This document shows, piece after piece, positions 12,101 to 18,204 of a stretch of 40,269 nucleotides of DNA. The notes beneath the pieces are model-generated. The model ran no database searches, was not told where the DNA came from, and saw only the letters and a program-made list of their open reading frames with translations. Origin of the DNA: Candidatus Methanophagales archaeon ANME-1-THS (GTDB taxonomy: Archaea; Halobacteriota; Syntropharchaeia; Alkanophagales; Methanospirareceae); contig RXIE01000128.1 in the NCBI GenBank assembly GCA_004212135.1, positions 1-40,269 of the forward strand. Direction: 5' to 3'. Both the position numbers and the translations under genes were made by a program. Numbering within the stretch: position 1 is the stretch's first letter; the number at the start of each line of letters is the position of its first letter.

Positions 12101-13602
12101 ATGAGCGGGATATAGACTTGAACTTGTATGCTCGAATTCAGTTCAGCGGCTATGAAAACATAACCAATTTCAATCTCACTGCGCGTGATGCCAAAAGCTT
12201 AACCATCGAGGTCCCTGTAAACTTCACCGGCGATAAAAAGATGCTTTACAGCATTTATATGTCTTCTGGAAGGTCGCTCTCTATCAACTCCCTCTATATC
12301 TATGAAAAACCACCCTCAGAAGCAGGGATAGTGCTCTATACGGATAAGCAGGTTTATGAGATCGGTGAGAATGCCACCATCTTCATTGAAACAACCAAAG
12401 ATGGAGAGCTCTATCTCACTGCTCCTAACTATACCCGCAATAGAAGCATGTCTGCCGGAGAAGCAATTGAATTACACTTCACGGTACCAGAACTCCTCTC
12501 CGGCACGTATTACATTGAGTACTCCTATACTAATTACAGCCTGTCCTATCCCTTTGATGTGAATGGCTACTCTGCCCGGATCTTAGAGTTAACTCTTGAC
12601 AAAGAGGAGTATCAATCCGGAGATACCTTTACGCTACGTGCTTTGGTTGAGGTTAACCGAGGCTTCGAGGCTCTTGTGACTGTAAGCATCTACGATCCCG
12701 AATTTACTCTTATAAAGGGCCATTCATTTAATCAACGATTCGATGCGGGAGAGAACAGAATAATCTACACTGATACAATTCCCACAACGTATTCCGGGAT
12801 GCATGGCATAGTACCTACCGTAATAATAGATCTAGCAGGCTATTCTCCCGTCATTATTGCCTCAAGCGCACGGTATTTCGACGTGATAGGGCCCATACCC
12901 GCCCCGACGCCAACGCCAACACCGACACCAACTCCAACATCTACACCCACACCAACACCCGCGCCAGGAGGACCAATAGGAACTTCATATCATGCACCAA
13001 AACCTGGAGAAGCGACGATTACAACAGAGCCAACCGGTAGAGTTATATCAACAGTTACCGCACCATCAGCAGACGGCAAAGCATCGGTAACGATAGTTGA
13101 GGGTACGATAGCCCGAGACGCTGATGGTAACCCCCTCACGACGGTAACGATTAGTTCCCCGATGGTATTACCGGCCGGAGCACCATCGGGCGTAAGTTAC
13201 GTCGGTTACGCGATTGAACTCGGTCCAGCAGGTGCAACCTTCAGCCCACCCATAGAAGTGTGCATAACCTTCGATCCTGCCGATTTCCCATCCGGAACAA
13301 CACCCGTGATATACGTCTTTGAAGCAGGGGCGTGGAAACCGCTCGCCACTACAATCGCTGGCAATAAAGCATGCGCAAAAGTTGATCACTTCTCCATCTT
13401 CGTGCTCTTTGCTGAAAGCGTCACGCCCACACCAGCACCAACACCAGAAGTGACACCACCATCAGTAATGCCAACACCAGCACCCACGCCTGCACCACCA
13501 GTATCCAAATTGCCGACATTGAACCTCGTCCTGGTCGTCATAATCGCACTGGTCCTCGTCGCGTTAATCATAGCCTACAGAATACAGAGAAGAAGAACGT
13601 AG
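3106..13602 (+). CDS. Giant (3,498 aa) mosaic cell-surface protein: thioredoxin-like, Cys-rich module, Ig/CARDB-like array, beta-propeller repeats, PGF-pre-PGF-like, C-terminal anchor
   Basis: Uninterrupted 10.5-kb ORF with an N-terminal hydrophobic helix (ILVVEISLLVFCLLVG). Thioredoxin-fold segment with WCHFC (nt 3445-3459) and a cis-Pro-type loop (ELPALFLI). 23-Cys module at aa 334-545. Many ~100-aa modules are dense in N-x-S/T sequons (NVTNYGNRT, NASQNITLNYKT). Propeller-type repeats at aa ~1553-2185 (IWLGTSGTG, LWFVSHVGISRFDGTRW, VWVGGYSGWYHFNGSAW, IWLGHNLGLSKL, LWITTNIGLFSF). PTPTPT linker, PGF-pre-PGF-like module, then TM helix + RIQRRRT. Confidence 0.8.
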   Translation: MNTRHSILVVEISLLVFCLLVGTVAPTTWYADDGGGADFTRIQDTDRASARTVPLDKFVGEIDAFQKPRSDDSSSLSLSNESTISNSYTNSLSSDIDRFLHANKSVFLFFYANWCHFCQEQKPIIDELEQEYADRITFIRTDADENPHALNEFSVTELPALFLIIDKNEEGYVYQKFSGFTGKEILTESFDYVVANGRLPEDSGYPSSSSSSSFRIPKSNEIVSRSSLTIDDLSFLENDTDFQENLAYVRTQGYVYPSAAEKITYSDESYSINLLLSTSDTTNVVFISKSFRASGSGTYMMKWKDDGIVIFNKDGGITIYDNGSISSYDTHHSCSFTDCELACVTKKFKNPSLLYLEQKITDILLSCAGAKAADAFKNSYKFTKSVKCGYECSGADPSVSSSKCARCIIGITAGSVPGAGCAVGLWNILGDFLDPYADCASECAADPSAYGNPCKNNQVRKICIENFGGLENTDGMVGESCNDCTWEFDYAVLPIRVCPLNQECVMTPSGQPECRERTECRSNDRCVTASRAPGGCCQYTRSPGCDQPDDNFDVSTPNAPALESSSTSPETIYDPAVAVLNNGFAQGIIAHLARNGEQVGLVEPNLAGLDRYTILIIPSGGLHGVGTETFKSTIDSFVFNGGVLIVFDQQYGSDYSSIPGKLQAFGWREDQSCQFSSTAMTAFHPILSGQPGIVSSFNVDGFFTKWPANANIILTRTKNGFPAFITYPHGRGLIIASTLYSDYSQTLHQQTGDELLLMRDLTAWIRGIRSMPPYLERDVAVETLPLRSPSNFSVIIRNVQMESATYPEFNAGDTVVLPVNVTNYGNRTADMVAFKIYSPTFVPSYVNVSAAIPPNASQNITLNYKTLPSSQQGIWFTLYTLYSEDEPIWADYGDAFALGVTMTDLSLFTISLVLRSPANYVVDTRTVSTRILPGESQTVGIEHTLPYGDVYGIWYLEYKVENQIGEVTDKGIKMFSLTRFNTTERGWTYPGNFSFAITSETEDFIVGEPAVFTFLIWNSGAEDKIVNVTWGAIHHVWRGVVPGGWDWGMDNSVLVRAHNYTSFQYTLPRVVESDRLRAKFYIDGHLVGYADRGINAVTPAIRIELSTNRSAYYTGDDVLLDLTATNLRSVSYNVSLNLSIYDPESQVVLQNSTVIPFSADSREEIEYKYPLSDDAKVGLYRISVNWAGGAGTASKNFIVAPPHLQMINKTLPEIIIPGSIQTASFTIKNIGSSGNATFNLSFKNSTDIVYEDTGTFRLARGEETELNFSISAEPHKYTYGNKFVIAYTFDSGDYGTINGAEVYPSSLAVLFDTKPRYKQGENLTFNVTIRNSGKTVENITANFTVPSLALEDIAERNLYSGEKYTQSFSKLIPLEVGSGVYAIIAEIGGKEYKSSYYIPSPDLLLSLNAAEYSAGEDITIGIDNSGGAVTPFNLSMFLIDSGASRIADKSETDMLFAGEFKEYLLHIPGQATSGSYMLRAQAEYGGRAASLSRSITINGLEAGLNVSTTKKIYLATETKTVQSTITNGDTAIETATLQLQIIGQPTGIEEGTWQRHPTPWDVPMFGAIEIDSNGDIWLGTSGTGSYTSTKMFGVLKYTSGVFERYTNALEWGAKSIAIYNNTIYAANYYGPGVASLNESGFNTLLSTNSELPSEGILELDADSSGLWFVSHVGISRFDGTRWTHYNYSNTGLNLYGHIEADNKGGVWVGGYSGWYHFNGSAWEVFNSTNTNGLFFAQLHDIEVDSTNNTYFMGWTAMGRPTKIVTFDGTNWTQEEKDICGQNYIADIDVAPDGTLWAACVQQGAYFKNATGWQLPLTTANSGLPSNYLTAVKADADKVVFGTAEPLAGYENYNMALALYNGTWAVYNQSNSNIPSRNKSGSSNQINALEISPDGTIWLGHNLGLSKLENGEFVNYYNTGTINSNDVFSLSKSPGGELWFGGYTAIDKFNGSWNGFRYQDSFGPRAWYWRSTYVDSKGRLWIAADDYGILMYNGTGWTHYDYSKNEEFNYDRIHFVPTERSTNEIVAMGEDSSGAVIAVNSWGDQYTLYENNSAFEDYPGYGGFLDMVIDSADNRWYIDSQGAYGLLKRDNAGVYTRYLPPEELWPPEETYISALALDSAGRIWAGSIDSTYDASTRIQLFVWDGLAWTKFESEDLELSLYLLYKMKFDSTGRLWITTNIGLFSFTPGSFTIEAYNGTWQIVGIEHFQGQPYPDRYATKTIDLPEGSTKVRLTHKNTETAHIDAALLNGNAPIRIIDRSTNAQLPPAKLAKADYDIIDAVARTIEIAWGSPGTKLTLTAVEEDIRGVPISWPEEGYLNYLLGTPQTFSKYLIPASSHPAGTFYATFSTTPDVLLVNLDVTGDNTLDPEGDWAELRIVTQNGLKSFRISNTETVWGTSRYEYTEKVPWQHKTYQFSIPLSELGVSHGDEIMFQIGYYGTMVVPPPAPIATLLWEDIREINLSPHETLAEDIDVGTLGNAVGKLILRGTLRSSTGQLIAEDEYLFYAIKGNTSLETELNKKIYRPDEIVALKERVRNHADVALEDAALKVEVDGAEVYARSGVSISAGGYFDFPVTIPPVEGNHSIRSKVTQAGNVLVEILDEYKVSAPSLEENITIPDIAGRAPFFIEVLLNNTGEVDASVTVSIDDSAQAASLMPGEIKLLRFEKQIHATSTIIINISGDLTKTITKEVVFGESVAISLNTSTAYTPGQVVIPYLVANNGLLDVNFNLTFSLDSSTEARAIYLPAGENMTGLLVYNLTSGEYILSYTSIYGSDSKVIVVAPRGAEIQNVSIVENEGALVVSSTMKNRGGEQFIGTVHLSSEFYMNETALELDASGESNLTFGIDTTNVSEGVYTITLTVLEDGIPVSEKSGEVQLAPKIIFTALPGDLVFSLGETRDLIVGVKNYGTAGGLAEVNMTMQGIGTQTNSTWLRPGEEADLVFTAIIPDDLEEKSYTMFLELNGTKNKISYFVHGAKISVNASLDKYFYTEGENATLTLQVKNERDIDLNLYARIQFSGYENITNFNLTARDAKSLTIEVPVNFTGDKKMLYSIYMSSGRSLSINSLYIYEKPPSEAGIVLYTDKQVYEIGENATIFIETTKDGELYLTAPNYTRNRSMSAGEAIELHFTVPELLSGTYYIEYSYTNYSLSYPFDVNGYSARILELTLDKEEYQSGDTFTLRALVEVNRGFEALVTVSIYDPEFTLIKGHSFNQRFDAGENRIIYTDTIPTTYSGMHGIVPTVIIDLAGYSPVIIASSARYFDVIGPIPAPTPTPTPTPTPTSTPTPTPAPGGPIGTSYHAPKPGEATITTEPTGRVISTVTAPSADGKASVTIVEGTIARDADGNPLTTVTISSPMVLPAGAPSGVSYVGYAIELGPAGATFSPPIEVCITFDPADFPSGTTPVIYVFEAGAWKPLATTIAGNKACAKVDHFSIFVLFAESVTPTPAPTPEVTPPSVMPTPAPTPAPPVSKLPTLNLVLVVIIALVLVALIIAYRIQRRRT
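12901..12960 (+). repeat. Imperfect ACN-CCN (Thr-Pro) coding microsatellite forming a PT linker
   Basis: gccccgacgccaacgccaacaccgacaccaactccaacatctacacccacaccaacaccc encodes APTPTPTPTPTPTSTPTPTP. Similar PT-rich stretches occur at about 13420-13500 and 2670-2745. Confidence 0.7.
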
Positions 13603-13603
13603 G

Positions 13604-14665
13604 TTATTCGAAATCTGCCAACGCCGAGCACGCCCTGCAGCGTACGCAACCAGCCTTATTCCTCCGCCAGCTCATGCCCCGCTCGTGCAGGATCTCCCCA
13701 ACGACCTGATAGAGATGACGCATCCGATCGGGGATCGGCGGTTTCTCATGCTCCATATCCGACCCGGGTATGGGCCGCAGCGGTACGAGAAAGGGATACA
13801 CGCCGAGTTCAACCAGGAGCCTGCTCCCTTCTATGATCGATTCATCGCGCTCGCCCAGTCCCGCAATGATATAACTGCTGACCTGCGTCTCGCCAAAAAG
13901 CTCGACACCGCGTTTCCATGCCTCGATGAACTGCTGCAACGGTATCTCCGCCTTACACGGAGCTTTTTCCTTCAGTACCGCCACATCAAAACTCTCCACA
14001 TGGATGCCGATTGTATCGACCGATTCGTAAAGGAGGTCTATCATGCTGAGCTCATCCGGTGGTTCAAATTGGGCATGGATAGGTAATCCCGTCGCCTCTT
14101 TTATCGCGCTCGCACATGCCGCAAGGTGTTTGATGCCCTTGTCAGACGTCGCGGTGGTTCCCGTGGTAAGGGTCACATGCGTCACATGGTCTATTTTCTG
14201 TGCGGCACCTACCACCTCAGCGAGCTGCTCGGGCTTCTTCTTCGCGATCGTCGCACCGCTTTTCAGCGAGAGCTCGATTGCGCAGAATTTGCACCGTTTC
14301 GGAGTGTCCCAGTAGGCACACGTCTGGATCGTCGTGGTCGCGACGCAATTAGTGCCATGCAGCAGTGCGATTTTTCCATAGGATATGCCATCTTTGGTCC
14401 TTAACTCTTGGAACTTCGCCGCTGGAAACCGAACCTCGGTGATCCGCTCACCAGCTCGCTTGAGTATGTACTTCCCCTCTACGAGCTCAACGGAATAAGG
14501 CGAAAGAGAGACGAACCAGCTCTGCGTTGGAACGTTTGTTACCGTATTGCCGAAGCTAAACATCCCACCAGCAGCCGGGCCCGCGCCCCCTTTTCTGCCC
14601 TTATCCACACCTGATACTCGAGCACCTAAGCAGAGCAGATCCACTTTCAGATCTTTAATTTCCAT
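13604..14665 (-). CDS. Radical-SAM-like Fe-S enzyme with non-canonical Cx8Cx2C cluster motif
   Basis: The ORF-track start 14671 is GTG; I prefer the ATG at 14665, which overlaps the upstream gene end (stop at 14647-14649) by 19 nt. TIQTCAYWDTPKRCKFCAIE is followed by a barrel-like alternating pattern (HVTLTTGT, IHAQFEPP, IGIHVESF, SSYIIAGLGE) and a C-terminal CVRCRAC. The N-terminal GRKGGAGPAAGG segment reminds me of the MSMEG_0568-type rSAM family, but that is memory only and unverified. Confidence 0.55.
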   Translation of the reverse strand: MEIKDLKVDLLCLGARVSGVDKGRKGGAGPAAGGMFSFGNTVTNVPTQSWFVSLSPYSVELVEGKYILKRAGERITEVRFPAAKFQELRTKDGISYGKIALLHGTNCVATTTIQTCAYWDTPKRCKFCAIELSLKSGATIAKKKPEQLAEVVGAAQKIDHVTHVTLTTGTTATSDKGIKHLAACASAIKEATGLPIHAQFEPPDELSMIDLLYESVDTIGIHVESFDVAVLKEKAPCKAEIPLQQFIEAWKRGVELFGETQVSSYIIAGLGERDESIIEGSRLLVELGVYPFLVPLRPIPGSDMEHEKPPIPDRMRHLYQVVGEILHERGMSWRRNKAGCVRCRACSALADFE

Positions 14666-16179
14666 ATCCACTTCTTCCGCTTCCCGATCAATTTGCTGAT
14701 CTCATCGCTTGTTACCATCCCGATAACGCGCCGCTCAGTATCGATAACGGGTAATGCGGATATATTACCGCGCTCCATCTTCCGAATGACGAGCTCAAGC
14801 GGCTCTTCAAATCCCGCGGTTATCACTTTCCTCGTCATGATGTCCGCCAACCCCTGGTGTTTCGTCGCCACTGCCGTTGAGATATCCCACGCGGTTACAA
14901 TCCCCGCAAGTTTCCCATCATGCGCTATAACTGGTATATGCGTGGATTGGGACTCCATAATCAATTTTGCCGCATCTTCAATGCTTGCTCGTTCGCTTAT
15001 CATCTTCACATCCCGGATCATGACATCCTTCACGAGCGGTAGTTCGGTCTGTTTCATCGGCTTAAAGACCGTATCGGTCGGTAATCGCTCGACTGGTGTT
15101 GAGAGGAAGAAACGACCCTGTTCTATTCTCTCTTTCAACTCCTCTGCAACTCTACTTGCCATGAAGAAGCTTGAAAGCGGCGAGGTTGGAACTGCTTTAC
15201 CCTCCAGTTCGATCATACCGGATTTTAACTCCTCATAGGTAACTCTTCTCAATACCGGTCGTTCTCTCCTGCTTACACCGTAATCAATCACCTCAGTGAT
15301 AATATCCGCATCACGTATGCCGGTTTTCTTCGCCATTCGTTCATTCAGGATCGGTATCGGTATTCCAATACCAACGAAGAGGGTTACACCATAGCCAAAG
15401 AATGTGGCACCCCGTAAGAACTCAGGATCCATCTCCTTCACATTACCCGTGACCATTACGGTCCCTAATCGATTCTTGGGGTTGTGTTGCGTTCCCATGC
15501 CCACGACATAGCCCTTGGCACCACAGAGAAAGATGCGTGTGCCTACCCCGATCGTCTCGAAATCAGGATCGTTCGAGAGCGGCGAGAGTGCACCGGCACC
15601 GGAATAATTTACATTCCGATAGTTCGGAAGCAGTGTGCCCATATAGGTGTATATCGTCCTATCAGAGGAATTGGTCGCGACGAAATACCGCTGATATGCA
15701 TTCCGCGGATTGAGCATAATCGCCTGATTTAGATCTTCAAGTGTAATGGTGGTTTCTATCTCTTTACGAGGGTAGCAATCCGTGCCAAAGCCCATAGCGC
15801 GCATATTGACAGGCTTTCCCGCAACCAAATCCTCGATCACATGTCCGCCACCATAGTTGAGCCCTTTCTCATCTGAGAGTTGCGCGGCTCCGAGATACGC
15901 ATCGACCGCCGCAATTCCGGTATACGCCTCCACATCATTGAGCCATACACGCTGCATTTTGATCGGCGGGTCCGCATGACCAAAGTTCATGAACATGCCG
16001 GACGAGCACATGGGGCCAAACGTCCCCGTGGTGACGACATCGACTTCCTTCGCCGCTCCCTCTGGGCCCAATTCGCTCACCAGATCACTCATTCGATCGG
16101 CAGTCACTACCCGAACACTGCCATCCGCAATTCTCTCGTTTATCTCCGCTATGCTCCGCTCGGTCTTTGTCTCTACCAT
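14647..16179 (-). CDS. DUF39 (COG1900) + CBS-pair protein, MJ0100/MA1821-type aldehyde sulfurtransferase (homocysteine-biosynthesis family)
   Basis: The ORF-track start 16200 is TTG. The ATG at 16179 lies 24 nt downstream of a TTTTAAA box, which fits a leaderless start. The N-terminal ~385 aa has DUF39-like blocks (VVTTGTFGPMCSSGMFMNFGHADPPIKM, NYSGAGALSPL, IFLCGAKGYVVG). The C-terminus has two CBS motifs (VKDVMIRDVKMI..., IMTRKVITAGFE...). Confidence 0.75.
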   Translation of the reverse strand: MVETKTERSIAEINERIADGSVRVVTADRMSDLVSELGPEGAAKEVDVVTTGTFGPMCSSGMFMNFGHADPPIKMQRVWLNDVEAYTGIAAVDAYLGAAQLSDEKGLNYGGGHVIEDLVAGKPVNMRAMGFGTDCYPRKEIETTITLEDLNQAIMLNPRNAYQRYFVATNSSDRTIYTYMGTLLPNYRNVNYSGAGALSPLSNDPDFETIGVGTRIFLCGAKGYVVGMGTQHNPKNRLGTVMVTGNVKEMDPEFLRGATFFGYGVTLFVGIGIPIPILNERMAKKTGIRDADIITEVIDYGVSRRERPVLRRVTYEELKSGMIELEGKAVPTSPLSSFFMASRVAEELKERIEQGRFFLSTPVERLPTDTVFKPMKQTELPLVKDVMIRDVKMISERASIEDAAKLIMESQSTHIPVIAHDGKLAGIVTAWDISTAVATKHQGLADIMTRKVITAGFEEPLELVIRKMERGNISALPVIDTERRVIGMVTSDEISKLIGKRKKWIWKLKI

Positions 16180-16203
16180 ACGTACAAGGTACACAGGCAA
16201 ACC

Positions 16204-16210
16204 TTTAAAA
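16204..16210 (-). promoter_or_regulatory. TATA box (TTTTAAA on minus strand) for the DUF39-CBS / rSAM-like operon
   Basis: The minus strand reads GATTTTAAAGGTTTGCCTGTGTACCTTGTACGTATG. The box centre is about 27 nt upstream of the ATG at 16179, which is the archaeal leaderless geometry. Confidence 0.5.
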
Positions 16211-16438
16211 TCTTTCTCATTTTTCAGTTACTTCGCACAATCTATCGCCCGTATCAGCCCGGATAGATCTCCCTTTCATATCGCTTCTTCAACGCTTTCA
16301 TCAAGTCATGGAACTGAACATAATCGCGCTGGAGCGAACTCCACCTATCGAATGCCCTGTTTTTCTGGGATTAGGTATATAAATCGGAATCCACTTATAA
16401 AAATGTTGGCTAAAGGGTCAGCACAATACTGATACGCA

Positions 16439-17386
16439 ATGAGCGTGATAGAAGTAGCGGATTTGACCAAGCGGTTTAATAACAAGGATGGCATTGCCGC
16501 GGTGGATCACCTCTCGTTCCAGGTCGCTGAGGGCGAGATATTCGGGTTGCTCGGGCCCAATGGAGCGGGTAAGACGACCTTGATAAAAATATTGACGACG
16601 TTATTGAAGCCGACTTCGGGTTCAGCAATGGTAGCGGGATTTGATGTCCGAACGGAAAAGAACCGGGTGCGAGAAAGTATCGGGATTGTATTTCAAGAGC
16701 CGGCACTCGACTGGCGATTGACCGGACGCGAGAATCTGGATTTCCATGCGCGAATGTACGGGCTGAAGCGTGGAGAGCGCGAGAAACGGATTGCGGAAGC
16801 CCTGAAACTCGTTGAGATGGAAGACAAGGCGGATATCGTGACGGATAAGTACTCAGGCGGTATGAAACGCCGTTTGGAGATCGCACGTGGCTTTATTCAT
16901 GAACCCGAAGTACTCTTTCTGGACGAGCCGACCCTGGGTCTGGATACTCAGACGAGGCGAAGAATGTGGGACTATATTAAGGAGGTAAATGCGAACAAAC
17001 ACGTAACAATTGTCTTAACCACGCATCAGATGGAGGAAGCGGATTATCTCTGTGACCGTGTCGGAATTATGGACCACGGAAAGATCATTGCGCTTGACAC
17101 GCCGAAGAATCTGAAGGATTTGATAAGCTCCGATCTGGTTAGTCTCGAACTCAACAGGGACGGGCTCGGGTATGATTTAGATGCGTTTAAGAAGCTTGAT
17201 TTTGTTATTGCGTTCCAGAAGCACAACGGTCTCGTCACGTTGAAGATGGAACGAGCAGAATTGAGAATCCCTGCAATTATGGATGCCGCACGAAGGGCGG
17301 GAATCGAGATAAAATCAGTGAATATGAGGAAGCCGAGTCTTGAGGACGTCTTCTTGCATTTCACCGGGCGAAGGATCAGAGAATAG
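16439..17386 (+). CDS. ABC transporter ATP-binding protein (ABC-2/DrrA-type exporter ATPase)
   Basis: Walker A GPNGAGKTT, signature YSGGMKRRLEIA, Walker B VLFLDEPTLGLD, H-loop TTHQMEEA, and a C-terminal ~90-aa accessory domain. No permease gene follows. Confidence 0.9.
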   Translation: MSVIEVADLTKRFNNKDGIAAVDHLSFQVAEGEIFGLLGPNGAGKTTLIKILTTLLKPTSGSAMVAGFDVRTEKNRVRESIGIVFQEPALDWRLTGRENLDFHARMYGLKRGEREKRIAEALKLVEMEDKADIVTDKYSGGMKRRLEIARGFIHEPEVLFLDEPTLGLDTQTRRRMWDYIKEVNANKHVTIVLTTHQMEEADYLCDRVGIMDHGKIIALDTPKNLKDLISSDLVSLELNRDGLGYDLDAFKKLDFVIAFQKHNGLVTLKMERAELRIPAIMDAARRAGIEIKSVNMRKPSLEDVFLHFTGRRIRE

Positions 17387-17466
17387 TACGTATGAGGATA
17401 GTTGAGGTATTGAGAAAGCTGTAAACAATGATTGAGGGTTAACCGAGCCGTCACTGTATTGGTATA

Positions 17467-18204
17467 TTAAATCTTACAGCAGTATTTTTCTATTTTTGAA
17501 CACCAGCATTCATCTCTAATTGGACACTCAGCATATTTATTTTTGTCACAAAATTCCTCTTTAAACCTGTAAAGAAACCCCTCGAAAAGAGACGGAGAGA
17601 TTTCAAGATCTCTGCATAGTTTTATCATTATTTTTTCATCTTTTGGTAAACCCAGCTTGTTGCGCATGGAATAAACACGACTATCAATTGGAAAAACATC
17701 ATCCTTTTCCATGAAATCACGAATAAAGGTGCTGTAAACTTTTGTGCTACTTCCACCCATTATTTCCCTAAATTTATCCCTCATCTCAATCCCGTTTAGT
17801 CCTTTTAATCTAGTGAGAAAATCTCGGAAACTTATAGATTCTTTTCTCAAATAATCTCTCATCTTCTTTATTCTTTCTCTTTGCCAACTAAATCGGAGAT
17901 CTAAATTTGAAATATCTTCATCTTCTAGTTTTCGAATATCTCCAATACTTTGAAATTTTGCATAAGCCCTTCGCCAGACGTCTTTTTGTATTTTAGGTAT
18001 CCACGGCCCGTAACAGATATTCAATAGAAGGTGGTAATCAGGGTTAAGCAATTGTTGTCTGTTATTATTTTGGTTACCTTTATATAGGGCGAATAACAAT
18101 AAGGGAGCATGATGGAAAAAACGATCGATACCTTTATAGCGATGTATCCAAAGCTGAACACGAAGAAGAGCTACAGAGCGGCGATCTATGATTTTCTTGA
18201 CCAT
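17467..18204 (-). CDS. HhH-GPD superfamily DNA glycosylase-like protein (EndoIII/AGOG-like), start uncertain
   Basis: GGSSTKVYSTFIRDFMEKDDVFPIDSRVYSMRNKLGLP aligns by eye with the EndoIII helix-hairpin-helix block (GVGRKTANVVLNTAFG..IAVDTHIFRV.NRTGL). The C-terminus has a Cys cluster, CDKNKYAECPIRDECWC...CC. The ATG at 18204 overlaps the integrase N-terminus by 96 nt on the opposite strand; an in-frame TTG at 18099 would remove the overlap. Confidence 0.5.
   Translation of the reverse strand: MVKKIIDRRSVALLRVQLWIHRYKGIDRFFHHAPLLLFALYKGNQNNNRQQLLNPDYHLLLNICYGPWIPKIQKDVWRRAYAKFQSIGDIRKLEDEDISNLDLRFSWQRERIKKMRDYLRKESISFRDFLTRLKGLNGIEMRDKFREIMGGSSTKVYSTFIRDFMEKDDVFPIDSRVYSMRNKLGLPKDEKIMIKLCRDLEISPSLFEGFLYRFKEEFCDKNKYAECPIRDECWCSKIEKYCCKI
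18079..18086 (+). promoter_or_regulatory. TATA box (TTTATATA) of the integrase gene
   Basis: ccTTTATATAgggcgaataacaataagggagcATGATG. The box ends 22 nt before ATG 18109 and its centre is about -27, implying a leaderless or near-leaderless transcript. Confidence 0.55.

Noticed and set aside
113-13571. Numerous 60-150-aa ORFs antisense to, or out of frame with, the three surface-protein genes (e.g. 2063..2518, 3167..3478, 5862..6203, 6149..6499, 10869..11210).
   Set aside because: They lie entirely inside long, motif-supported ORFs. Their compositions are low-complexity or Cys/Arg-rich, as is typical of shadow frames, and they have no RBS or promoter signals.
3106-13602. Whether the giant protein is a multiheme cytochrome or ferredoxin-like electron conduit, as in some ANME/Methanoperedens surface proteins.
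   Set aside because: I found no CxxCH motif and no CxxCxxCxxxCP cluster motif. The CxxC sites present are followed by residues other than His.
13685-16432. Plus-strand ORFs overlapping the rSAM-like and DUF39 genes (13685..14086, 14693..15238, 15880..16266, 15989..16432).
   Set aside because: These are shadow ORFs of well-supported minus-strand genes, and no motifs are present.
17440-17466. Possible att direct repeat: ctgtattggtatattaaat (left flank) versus gatattgtatatcatttaatt (20858-20880, right flank).
   Set aside because: Only about a 10-nt AT-rich core (TATTG-TATAT) is shared, which is easily explained by chance in AT-rich DNA.
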